Of a DNA stretch of 38,802 bases, positions 9,183 through 17,492 are shown one piece after another. Source of the DNA: Betaproteobacteria bacterium (lineage in GTDB: Bacteria; Pseudomonadota; Gammaproteobacteria; Burkholderiales; SG8-39); the NCBI GenBank assembly GCA_031409355.1, contig JANNXB010000407.1, positions 1-38,802 on the forward strand, written 5' to 3'. The notes beneath the pieces were generated by a model. That model searched no databases, was not told the origin of the DNA, and worked only from the letters and a program-made list of their open reading frames with translations. The first letter of the stretch is position 1. Each line of letters opens with the position of its first letter. The position numbers were made by a program, and so were the translations under genes.

Positions 9183-10397
9183 ATGACCAAGATCAGCAGG
9201 CGGGCCGAGTCCCTCGGCACCGAGAACGCCTTCGTGGTGCTCGCCGAAGTCAACGCGCTGGCGCGCCAGGGCAAGGACATCATCAGCTTCTGCATCGGCC
9301 AGCCCGATTTCCCGGCGCCGCTGCACGTGCAGGAAGCCGGCATCCGCGCCATCCGCGAGGGCAAGCACGGCTACACGCCCTCGGCCGGCATCGATCCGCT
9401 GCGCGAAGCGGCGGCGAAATACATGGCGGGGATGCGCGGCGGGCTGCCAATCCGGCCCGAGGACGTGGTCATCGGCGCGGGCGCAAAACCCTTCATCGCC
9501 TACGCCATCCTCTCGACCACCGACCACGGCGCGGGCGACGAGGTGATCTACCCGAACCCGGGTTTCCCGATCTATGAATCCCAGATCGTCGCCAGCGGCG
9601 CGAAGCCGGTGCCGATTCATCTGCATGAGTCGAAGGACTTCGCCTTTGATCTCGATGACCTGAATCGACTGGTCAACCCGAAGACGAAGCTCCTGATCCT
9701 GAATTACCCGCACAACCCGACCGGCGGCTCGCTCACCCGGAAGGAGCTGGAAGGGATCGCGGAAATCCTGAAAAAGCACCCGCAGGTCTGGGTCTACGCG
9801 GACGAGATCTACTCGCGCCTCGACTACTCCGGGAAGTTTTTCTCGATCGCCCAGGTGCCGGGCATGTACGAGCGCACCATCATTTCCGATGGCGCCTCGA
9901 AAACCTGGGCCATGACCGGCTGGCGCATCGGCTTCGCCTCGAACCCCGTGCTCGCGCCGGTGCTGACGCGCTGGATCACCAACACCGACTCCTGCGCCTC
10001 GCAGATCTCGCAGTGGGCCGCGGTCGAGGCGATCAACGGACCGCAGGACGACGCCGAGATGATGAAGAAGAGTTTTCTCGAGCGCAGGAATCTGATCGTC
10101 CGCTTGCTGAATGACGTCCCCGGAGTGAAGTGCAGGACCCCTGGCGGAGCGTTTTATGCCTGGCCGAACGTCACCGAGGCCTGCCGCATGATCGGCGCGG
10201 CCGATTCGGAGGAGTTCCGCAAGCGCCTGCTGCACGAGGCGGGCGTGGCCCTGCTCGCCGACATCCATTTCGGCGCGCGCGTGCCGGGCGAAGGCCAACA
10301 TGTGCGCTTCTCGTACGCCGCCTCGAACGAGGCGATCGAGAAGGGCGTGGCGCGCATGGCCGACTTCATCCGGAGGAACACCCGGAAGGTTGCCTGA
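9183..10397 (+). CDS. PLP-dependent aminotransferase, class I/II (aspartate/aromatic aminotransferase-like)
   Basis: 404 aa. NYPHNPTG motif and PLP-lysine motif SDGASKTWAMTGWRIGF. Confidence 0.9.
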   Translation: MTKISRRAESLGTENAFVVLAEVNALARQGKDIISFCIGQPDFPAPLHVQEAGIRAIREGKHGYTPSAGIDPLREAAAKYMAGMRGGLPIRPEDVVIGAGAKPFIAYAILSTTDHGAGDEVIYPNPGFPIYESQIVASGAKPVPIHLHESKDFAFDLDDLNRLVNPKTKLLILNYPHNPTGGSLTRKELEGIAEILKKHPQVWVYADEIYSRLDYSGKFFSIAQVPGMYERTIISDGASKTWAMTGWRIGFASNPVLAPVLTRWITNTDSCASQISQWAAVEAINGPQDDAEMMKKSFLERRNLIVRLLNDVPGVKCRTPGGAFYAWPNVTEACRMIGAADSEEFRKRLLHEAGVALLADIHFGARVPGEGQHVRFSYAASNEAIEKGVARMADFIRRNTRKVA

Positions 10398-10846
10398 TGA
10401 CTCTCTGGCGGCCCAGCGTCACGGTCGCGGCGGTGATCGAGCGCGACGGCAAGTTCCTGCTGGTCGAAGAGCTGCAGGACGGGCGGCGCGTGTTCAACCA
10501 GCCGGCGGGTCATCTCGACCCGGAGGAGACGCTGATTGCGGCCTGCTCGCGCGAAGTGCTCGAGGAAACGGCGCACCGCTTCGTGCCGGACGCGCTGGTC
10601 GGCATCTACCGCTGGTACTACCAGCCCGCGGACGTCACCTTCCTGCGCTTCTGTTTTTCGGGAAACGTGCTTGGCGTTGCGGATTCGCCGCTGGACAAGG
10701 AAATTCTCGGAATTCATTGGTTGAATGCAAAAGAATTGAAAGACAGAGTCCAGCAGCACCGCTCGCCTCTCGTCCAGCAATGCGTGGACGACTACCTGGC
10801 CGGCTGCAATTTCCCCCTCACGGTGCTTTCCAGATCCTATGGGTGA
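10397..10846 (+). CDS. NUDIX hydrolase
   Basis: ATGA start/stop overlap with the aminotransferase. Nudix box [22 protein letters not shown]. 149 aa. Sits immediately upstream of mnmA. Confidence 0.85.
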   Translation: MTLWRPSVTVAAVIERDGKFLLVEELQDGRRVFNQPAGHLDPEETLIAACSREVLEETAHRFVPDALVGIYRWYYQPADVTFLRFCFSGNVLGVADSPLDKEILGIHWLNAKELKDRVQQHRSPLVQQCVDDYLAGCNFPLTVLSRSYG

Positions 10847-11909
10847 AAGAATCGTCGTCGGCATGTCGGGCGGGGTGGACTCCGCAGTTGCCGCGCTGCT
10901 TCTAAAGCGCGAGGGCTACGACGTGGTCGGCCTGTTCATGAAGAACTGGGAAGACGACGACAACGACGAGTACTGCTCGACGCGCGAGGACCTGGTCGAC
11001 GCGGCGGCGGCGGCCGACGTGATCGGCATCGAGCTGGAGGCGGTGAATTTCTCCGCCGAGTACAAGGACCGGGTGTTCGCCGAGTTCCTGCGCGAATACC
11101 AGGCCGGGCGCACGCCCAACCCGGACGTGCTGTGCAACGCCGAGATCAAGTTCAAGGCCTTCCTCGACCACGCCATCGACCTGGGCGCGACGCGCATAGC
11201 GACTGGTCATTACGCCAGGGTTTTACAAAATAAAGATTTATTCGAGCTGCATCGCGGCCTCGATCCATCGAAGGACCAGAGCTATTTCCTGCACCGGCTG
11301 AACCAGTCGCAGCTTTCGCGGGTGCTTTTTCCCCTCGGGGAACTGAAAAAGACCCAAGTGCGGGCGCTCGCGGCCGAGGCGCGCCTGCCGAACCACGCGA
11401 AGAAGGATTCGACCGGCATCTGCTTCATCGGCGAGCGGCCGTTCCGCGAATTCCTCAACCGCTACCTGCCGCGCGAGCCCGGGCCGATCATGACGCCCGA
11501 AGGCACGCGCATCGGCACCCACATCGGCCTCGCGTTCTACACCATCGGCCAGCGCAAGGGCATCGGCATCGGGGGACTATCTGGCGGGCCGGGGAATCCC
11601 TGGTATGTGGCGCGGAAGGACCTCGGCGCCAACGCGCTCATCGTCGTGCAGGGCCACGACCACGCGCTGTTGATGCGCAATTCGCTGCGGGCGCAGGACG
11701 CAAGCTGGACCGTGGGCGCGCCGGCGGAGGGCGCCACGCAGTCGGCCAAGACGCGCTACCGGCAGGCCGATTCCGCCTGCATCGTGACGCGCTCGGACGA
11801 GGAAGGGATCGCGCTGGAATTCGCCCAGCCGCAGTGGGCGGTGACACCCGGCCAGTCGGTGGTGCTCTACGAGGGCGCGGTGTGCCTGGGCGGGGCAGTC
11901 ATTAGCTAA
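10839..11909 (+). CDS. mnmA: tRNA 2-thiouridine(34) synthase
   Basis: PP-loop [10 protein letters not shown], plus CNAEIKF, ATGHYAR and KDQSYFL motifs. 356 aa. 8-nt overlap with the NUDIX gene. Confidence 0.95.
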   Translation: MGERIVVGMSGGVDSAVAALLLKREGYDVVGLFMKNWEDDDNDEYCSTREDLVDAAAAADVIGIELEAVNFSAEYKDRVFAEFLREYQAGRTPNPDVLCNAEIKFKAFLDHAIDLGATRIATGHYARVLQNKDLFELHRGLDPSKDQSYFLHRLNQSQLSRVLFPLGELKKTQVRALAAEARLPNHAKKDSTGICFIGERPFREFLNRYLPREPGPIMTPEGTRIGTHIGLAFYTIGQRKGIGIGGLSGGPGNPWYVARKDLGANALIVVQGHDHALLMRNSLRAQDASWTVGAPAEGATQSAKTRYRQADSACIVTRSDEEGIALEFAQPQWAVTPGQSVVLYEGAVCLGGAVIS

Positions 11910-11914
11910 ATACA

Positions 11915-11963
11915 GGGACAGACCACGTTTTTCCGCAAAAACGGAAAAACGTGGTCTGTCCCT
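11915..11963. terminator. Perfect 22-bp inverted repeat with a 5-nt loop between convergent mnmA and GST genes; probable bidirectional terminator or RNA-stabilising hairpin
   Basis: agggacagaccacgtttttccg (11915-11936), loop caaaa, cggaaaaacgtggtctgtccct (11942-11963). The arms are exact reverse complements. It starts 5 nt after the mnmA stop and overlaps the GST stop codon by 2 nt. Confidence 0.6.
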
Positions 11964-12576
11964 AGGCCTTCGGTGGAGCGGTGTCGGCGAAGGCCGGCCG
12001 TTCCATCAGCTTCTGGTAGAAGCGGTCGAGGTTTGGATAGTCCGCGCGCCAGTCGACGCCGCCGGGCTTGCGGAATTCCACCCATCCGAGGCAGCAGCCC
12101 ACCGCGATGTCGCCCAGCGAGTAGCGCTCGCCATGGCACCAGGGCCTGTCGCCCACGTCAGCGGCGATCATCGCCAGGCCGCGCTTCAGCTTGCCGACCT
12201 GTTTGTCCGTCCAGGCCTTGCTTTGCTCTTTCTTCGGGCGCAGCGATTCGTAGCGGATCAGCAGACCCGCATCCAGCGTGCCGTCGGCGAGCGCTTCCCA
12301 GCGGCGCACCGCCACCCGATCGCGGTTGTCGTCGGGAATCAGGCGGGCAAGCGGCGACACGCCGTCCAGGAACTCGACGATGACGCGCGAATCGAAGAGG
12401 GCGGCGCCGTCGTCCAGCACCAGCGTGGGAACCTTGCCCAGCGGATTGATGGCGTTTACCGCGTTCTCCGGCGCCAGCACGTCGGCCACCTCGAATTCGC
12501 ATTCGATCTTCTTCTCCGCAAGGACGATGCGAACCTTGCGGGTATAGGGGCTTGGAGCCGAACCGAGTAGTTTCAT
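11962..12576 (-). CDS. Glutathione S-transferase family protein
   Basis: I moved the start to ATG 12576 (MKLLGSAPSPYTRKVRIVL). The longer ORF to 12717 would overlap purB. Thioredoxin-like N-domain (PLGKVPTLVLDDGAALFDSRVI) plus a helical C-domain. 204 aa. Confidence 0.85.
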   Translation of the reverse strand: MKLLGSAPSPYTRKVRIVLAEKKIECEFEVADVLAPENAVNAINPLGKVPTLVLDDGAALFDSRVIVEFLDGVSPLARLIPDDNRDRVAVRRWEALADGTLDAGLLIRYESLRPKKEQSKAWTDKQVGKLKRGLAMIAADVGDRPWCHGERYSLGDIAVGCCLGWVEFRKPGGVDWRADYPNLDRFYQKLMERPAFADTAPPKA

Positions 12577-12586
12577 GGAGGCGCGA

Positions 12587-12596
12587 ATTATATAAT
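12587..12596. promoter_or_regulatory. Palindromic ATTATATAAT element offering a TATAAT -10 hexamer on both strands in the 28-bp GST/purB divergent gap
   Basis: attatataat is its own reverse complement. TATAAT on the + strand ends 8 nt before the purB ATG. TATAAT on the - strand ends 10 nt before the GST ATG. I see no convincing -35 or SD. Confidence 0.3.
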
Positions 12597-12604
12597 ACGA
12601 AGCA

Positions 12605-13987
12605 ATGGCCTCCCCGCTGTCCGCATTGTCTGCACTCAGCGCGCTGTCGCCGCTAGACGGCCGGTACGCGAAATCCGCCGATCCCCTCAGGCCGTTCTTC
12701 AGCGAACACGCGCTCATCCGCTACCGCGTGCGCGTCGAGCTGGTCTGGCTCATGGCGCTGGCCGCAGAACCGGCGATCGCCGAGCTAAAGCCGTTCTCGC
12801 GCAAGACCGTGGCCTCGCTAAACGAGCTGGTGGCGAAGTTCAGTGAAGCCGATTCAGGACAGATCAAGGCGATCGAAGCCGAGACCAACCACGACGTCAA
12901 GGCGATCGAGTACTGGCTCAAGGCGCGGCTGGGGAAGAACCGCGAGGTGCAGGGTGCCCTCGAATTCATCCACTTCGCCGCCACCTCGGAAGACATCAAC
13001 AACCTGTCCTACGCGCTGATGCTCGCCGAGTCGCGCGAAGGCGCGATGCTGCCGAAGCTGGACGAAGTCATCGCCGTGCTGCAAGAGGGTGCCCACCGGC
13101 ACGCGGGCCTCGCCATGCTGTCGCGCACCCACGGCCAGCCGGCTTCGCCGACCACGCTCGGCAAGGAGCTCGCCAATTTCGTGCAACGCCTGCGGCGTGC
13201 CCGCGCGCGCGTCGCCGCGGTGCCGCTGCTCGCGAAAATGAATGGTGCGACGGGCAACTACCATGCGCACGCCGTCGCCTATCCGGATTTCGACTGGGAG
13301 CGCTTCTGCCAGCGCTTCGTGCAGGGCCTCGGGCTGGAATTCAATCCCTACACCACGCAGATCGAGCCGCACGATTCGTATGCCGAGCTGTTCGACGCCT
13401 ATGCGGCGGCCAACACCGTCCTGCTGGACCTCGACCGCGACCTGTGGGGCTACATCTCGCTGGGCTATTTCCGGCAGAAGATGAAGCAGGGCGAGGTGGG
13501 CTCCTCGACCATGCCGCACAAGGTCAATCCGATCGATTTCGAGAATTCCGAGGGCAACATCGGCGTGTCCAGCGCCCTGCTGCGCCACCTCGCGGACAAG
13601 CTGCCGGTGTCGCGCTGGCAGCGCGACCTGTCGGATTCCACCGCGCTCAGGAACGCCGGCGTCGCGCTCGGCCACGCCCTGCTCGCCTACGCCTCCTGCC
13701 TGCGCGGCCTGGCCAAGCTGGAAGCGGATCCGCGCCGCATCGCCGCGGACCTGGATGCCAACTGGGAAGTGCTCACCGAGGCGGTGCAGCAGGTGATGCG
13801 CAGGCACGGCGTCGCCGGGGCCTACGAGAAGCTCAAGGCGCTGTCGCGCGGCAAGAAGCTCGACCGCGCGCAGCTGGCCGCCTTCATCCGCACGCTGCCG
13901 ATTCCCGCGCCTGAGAAAAAGCGGCTGCTGGCCCTGACCCCCGCGACCTACACCGGCCTCGCTGCCCGGCTCGCCAAGCGCATCTGA
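12605..13987 (+). CDS. purB: Adenylosuccinate lyase
   Basis: 460 aa. LSPLDGRY near the N-terminus. Fumarate-lyase signature SSTMPHKVNPIDFEN. Confidence 0.95.
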   Translation: MASPLSALSALSALSPLDGRYAKSADPLRPFFSEHALIRYRVRVELVWLMALAAEPAIAELKPFSRKTVASLNELVAKFSEADSGQIKAIEAETNHDVKAIEYWLKARLGKNREVQGALEFIHFAATSEDINNLSYALMLAESREGAMLPKLDEVIAVLQEGAHRHAGLAMLSRTHGQPASPTTLGKELANFVQRLRRARARVAAVPLLAKMNGATGNYHAHAVAYPDFDWERFCQRFVQGLGLEFNPYTTQIEPHDSYAELFDAYAAANTVLLDLDRDLWGYISLGYFRQKMKQGEVGSSTMPHKVNPIDFENSEGNIGVSSALLRHLADKLPVSRWQRDLSDSTALRNAGVALGHALLAYASCLRGLAKLEADPRRIAADLDANWEVLTEAVQQVMRRHGVAGAYEKLKALSRGKKLDRAQLAAFIRTLPIPAPEKKRLLALTPATYTGLAARLAKRI

Positions 13988-13994
13988 GCCGCGG

Positions 13995-16016
13995 ATGAGC
14001 TACGCCGCGACGATTTTCCTGTCTTCATTCCTGCTGTTCCTCGTGCAGCCGCTGATCGCGCGCCAGATCCTGCCGTGGTTCGGCGGCACGGCGGCGGTCT
14101 GGACCACCTGCATGCTGTTCTTCCAAACGCTGCTGCTCGCGGGCTACGCCTACGCGCACGCCACCAACGCGATGCTGCGGCCGCGCACGCAGGCGGTGCT
14201 GCACTCCGTGCTGCTCGCCGCCGCCCTCGCGCTGCTGCCGATCGCGCCGGGCGAATCATGGAAACCCGGCGGCACGGAGGAACCGATCACCCGGATCCTG
14301 CTGGTCCTGACGGCCACCGTGGGGCTGCCGTACCTGCTGCTCGCTTCCACCAGCCCGCTGCTGCAGGCCTGGTTCACGCGCGCGCGGCCCGGCGTGGACC
14401 CCTACCGCCTGTTCGCGGTGTCGAACCTCGCTTCGCTGCTGGCGCTGATCGGCTATCCGCTGCTGGTCGAGCCGTTCCTCGGCAACCGTGAGCAGGTGGT
14501 CTGGTGGTCCGCATTGTTCGCGGTGTTCGCCGTGCTGTGCGCCGTACTGGCGTGGTCCGCTTCTTCGGAACAAAAGAAAGTAGAAATAAAGGAAGAAAAC
14601 ATTCTTCCACCACGCCGCGCCGACTACCTGCTGTGGCTCGCGCTCTCGGCGGCCGGCTCGGTCATGCTGCTGGCGGTGACCAACCACGTGACGCAGAACG
14701 TGGCGGCGATCCCGCTGCTGTGGCTCGCGCCGCTGACGCTGTACCTGCTCACCTTCATCCTCGCGTTCGAGGGAGGATTGCTGGGATTCAACCTGTACCG
14801 GGTCGAGATCTTCTGGTCGGTGGTCCTGGTCTGGCTGGGCGGCATGGCCTGGCTGCTGGTGGATTCCAGGTACCAGTTCGACCTCTGGATCCAGATCGGC
14901 ATGTACCTCTCGGGCCTCTTTGTCGCCTGCATGTTCTGCCACGGCGAGCTCTACCGCGTGCGCCCTGCGGCGCGCCACCTGACGGCCTTCTACCTCACCA
15001 TCTCGGCCGGCGGCGCGCTCGGCGGCCTGCTGATCGCGGTCGTGGCGCCGCTCGCCTTCAACGCCCACTATGAACTTGGCCTCTCGCTGATTGCGCTCGC
15101 GCTGCTGGCGGCGGTGCGTTTCGCGCCGGTCAATGCGATCGCCCGCTGGGCCAGCCTGGCGGTGCTGCTCGGGGTGGCCGGCAGCGCGGCCTACGACGGC
15201 TCGCGCTTCCAGAAGGACGTGCTGGTCTCGGAACGCAATTTCTACGGCGTGATCCGTGTGAAGGAATACGGCGCCTTGGGCAGCAACTACCACCTGCGCC
15301 GGCTGGTGCACGGCGTGATCATGCACGGCGAGCAGGACATGACCGAGGCCGGGCGGCGCAAGCCGACCACCTACTACCAGCCCAGCTCGGGCATCGGCGC
15401 CGCCCTGGCGGCGAAGCAGGAGAAGGGCGCGCTGCGCGTCGGCGTCATCGGCCTGGGCACGGGGACGCTGGCCGCCTACGGGCGCAAGGGCGACAGCTTC
15501 CGCTTCTACGACATCAATCCGCAGGTGATCGCGATCGCGCGCTCCCAGTTCACCTTCCTTCCGGACAGCGAGGCCGCCATCGAGCTGGCGCTGGGCGATG
15601 CGCGCCTCAACCTCGAGCGCGAGGCGCCGCAGGGATTCGACGTGCTCGCGGTGGACGCCTTCTCGAGCGACGCGATCCCGGTCCACCTGATCACGAAGGA
15701 GGCGCTGGGCGTCTACCTGCGGCACATGAAGCCCGACGGCATCGTCGCGTTCCACGTCTCCAACCGGTTCTTGAGCCTCGTCCCGGTGGTCGCGCGGCTC
15801 GCCAAGGAGCACGGCGTGCATGTGGTGCTGGTGTCCGACAGGGGCAAGGACGGCGACGACGACCACACCACCACGGATTGGGTGCTGGTGTCGCGCGACC
15901 CGAAGGCGCTGGAGGCGCCGGCGATCAAGGCAGCCTCGCCCGAGGCGCCGGAGGAAAAAGAAAGCTGGCGCACCTGGACGGACGACTACTCCAACCTTGT
16001 GCAGATCCTCAGGTAG
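13995..16016 (+). CDS. Fused polytopic membrane domain / spermidine synthase-like SAM-dependent transferase
   Basis: 673 aa. The N-terminal ~400 aa form a run of hydrophobic helices. The C-terminal part has spermidine-synthase-like motifs (NFYGVIRV, VGVIGLGTGTLAAYG, VDAFSSDAIPVHL). Confidence 0.85.
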   Translation: MSYAATIFLSSFLLFLVQPLIARQILPWFGGTAAVWTTCMLFFQTLLLAGYAYAHATNAMLRPRTQAVLHSVLLAAALALLPIAPGESWKPGGTEEPITRILLVLTATVGLPYLLLASTSPLLQAWFTRARPGVDPYRLFAVSNLASLLALIGYPLLVEPFLGNREQVVWWSALFAVFAVLCAVLAWSASSEQKKVEIKEENILPPRRADYLLWLALSAAGSVMLLAVTNHVTQNVAAIPLLWLAPLTLYLLTFILAFEGGLLGFNLYRVEIFWSVVLVWLGGMAWLLVDSRYQFDLWIQIGMYLSGLFVACMFCHGELYRVRPAARHLTAFYLTISAGGALGGLLIAVVAPLAFNAHYELGLSLIALALLAAVRFAPVNAIARWASLAVLLGVAGSAAYDGSRFQKDVLVSERNFYGVIRVKEYGALGSNYHLRRLVHGVIMHGEQDMTEAGRRKPTTYYQPSSGIGAALAAKQEKGALRVGVIGLGTGTLAAYGRKGDSFRFYDINPQVIAIARSQFTFLPDSEAAIELALGDARLNLEREAPQGFDVLAVDAFSSDAIPVHLITKEALGVYLRHMKPDGIVAFHVSNRFLSLVPVVARLAKEHGVHVVLVSDRGKDGDDDHTTTDWVLVSRDPKALEAPAIKAASPEAPEEKESWRTWTDDYSNLVQILR

Positions 16017-16075
16017 GTACCGCCACGCCTGCTTTGGGTGTTAGGCTGCACGGGGCTGACAGCAAGGATCAGGCG

Positions 16076-16372
16076 ATGCAAAAGACCAGGAACGAAGGCG
16101 AGCGCAAGTCGGATGTCGATCGTACGGTAAAGCTGACCTGGAAAGAGGTTTCGGAGGCGGAGTTGCGCGCGGCCCTCGCCAGCGCGAAGGGCGGATCAGA
16201 TCCGGCCGCGGCAATGAAACTGATCGAGTATTTCTACCGGCGGATCCACGACAACCTGCCGTACGACCAGACGATCCTGTTCGAGTATCTGGACCACGCT
16301 CTGGGCGGGATCGTGGAGGGTCGAGCGGCAGACAGCGCGTTCGGGCTCGAGCGGCGGTCCGTGAAGGAATAG
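16076..16372 (+). CDS. Hypothetical protein (98 aa), 7 nt upstream of the cyclase gene
   Basis: I chose internal ATG 16076 of the 15878-16372 ORF, because the upstream part overlaps the previous gene. Third positions are G/C-biased. I recognise no motif. Stop at 16370-16372, cyclase ATG at 16380. Confidence 0.5.
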   Translation: MQKTRNEGERKSDVDRTVKLTWKEVSEAELRAALASAKGGSDPAAAMKLIEYFYRRIHDNLPYDQTILFEYLDHALGGIVEGRAADSAFGLERRSVKE

Positions 16373-16379
16373 GCGTCCG

Positions 16380-17456
16380 ATGACGCGAATCACGACCGGC
16401 CGGGCGGTAGACGACATACTGAAGGGCAAGACTGTCCTGGTGGCCGACGACACCGCGGTGGTTCGCATGCTTGTCGCCGACACGCTCGGCTCGAGCGGCG
16501 TGCGAATCCTCGAGGCCGATTGCGGCGCGCGCGCGCTCGAGCTGGCGGGCGAAAACCTGGTGGATGCATTCCTGCTTGACATCCGGATGCCGGACATGAA
16601 CGGCATTGAGCTGTGCCGCACGATAAGGGGGATCGAACGCTACGGGGGCGCGCCGATCATGTTCATCACCGCCATGGATCAAAGGGACGTTCTGCAGTGG
16701 GCGCTTGAGGCCGGATGCGACGATTTCATGCAAAAGCCGATCGACGCCATGGTGCTGAGAAAGCGGCTCGGCAACCTGTTGCAGAAGGCCATTTATGTTA
16801 CGCAGATCGAACTGATGAGCCTGTCGCTGCAGCGCTATGTTTCACCGCGCACCGAGGAAATGGCCAGGATCTATGCAATGACCGGCCTGCTGCCGGGACC
16901 CAGGCAGCAGGAAGTATGCGTGCTGTTCTCCGATGCCCGCGGCTTCACGGAAATGAGCCAGCAGGTGGACCCCGAATTGCTGTTCCGAATGCTGAGCGAG
17001 CACCTGGCGGCGCAGGTGGATCTCGTCTACAACCACGCCGGATACATCGACAAGTTCGCCGGCGACGGAATCATGGCGGTGTTTGACGGTGACAATATGG
17101 CGCAGCGCGCCTGCAGATGCGCCCTCGATATCATGGACATGTCCAGGGAAAATGCCGCGCGCACCGGATCGAAGATCAACCGACTTGGTATCGGCATTCA
17201 CATGGGACTCGCGATCGTCGGGAACCTGGGCTCGCAGAACCATCTCGACTACACGCTTATCGGCGACACGGTGAACCTGGCAACCCGGCTTTGCGGCATC
17301 GCCAACGAATCCATCATCGCCTCGCAGGCGGTTTTCGACGCGCTGGCCGGCGTGCCCGAACCGAGATTCGGCGGGAAGAGGCCGGTGGCGATACGCGGCT
17401 ACCGGGATCCGGTGATCGTCTATGAACTCGCGCAACGGACGGGTCCGGCTGGATAG
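16380..17456 (+). CDS. Response-regulator receiver domain fused to a class III adenylate cyclase catalytic domain
   Basis: REC motifs: VLVADD, LLDIRMPDMNG (phospho-acceptor Asp), FITA, MQKP. Cyclase motifs: VLFSDARGFT and FAGDGIMAVF (metal Asps), Lys in IDKFAGDG, Thr in DYTLIGD, Asn/Arg in TVNLATRL. Confidence 0.9.
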   Translation: MTRITTGRAVDDILKGKTVLVADDTAVVRMLVADTLGSSGVRILEADCGARALELAGENLVDAFLLDIRMPDMNGIELCRTIRGIERYGGAPIMFITAMDQRDVLQWALEAGCDDFMQKPIDAMVLRKRLGNLLQKAIYVTQIELMSLSLQRYVSPRTEEMARIYAMTGLLPGPRQQEVCVLFSDARGFTEMSQQVDPELLFRMLSEHLAAQVDLVYNHAGYIDKFAGDGIMAVFDGDNMAQRACRCALDIMDMSRENAARTGSKINRLGIGIHMGLAIVGNLGSQNHLDYTLIGDTVNLATRLCGIANESIIASQAVFDALAGVPEPRFGGKRPVAIRGYRDPVIVYELAQRTGPAG

Positions 17457-17492
17457 CGCTTGGCCGGGCGGCGTCTCGGCCAGGGCGCGGTT

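Noticed and set aside
12617-12649. LSALSALSALS tripeptide repeat at the purB N-terminus as a slippage-prone tandem repeat
   Set aside because: The repeat exists only at the amino-acid level. The codons differ between units (tcc gca ttg / tct gca ctc / agc gcg ctg), so it is not a recent or unstable nucleotide repeat.
17461-17482. Short hairpin tggccg-N10-cggcca between the convergent cyclase and kinase genes as an intrinsic terminator
   Set aside because: The stem is only 6 bp (8 with a mismatch) with a 10-nt loop, and the T-run is 8 nt away from the stem. This is too weak to annotate. The same applies to cctag-ttc-ctagg at 5607-5619 between the BVMO and nadE.
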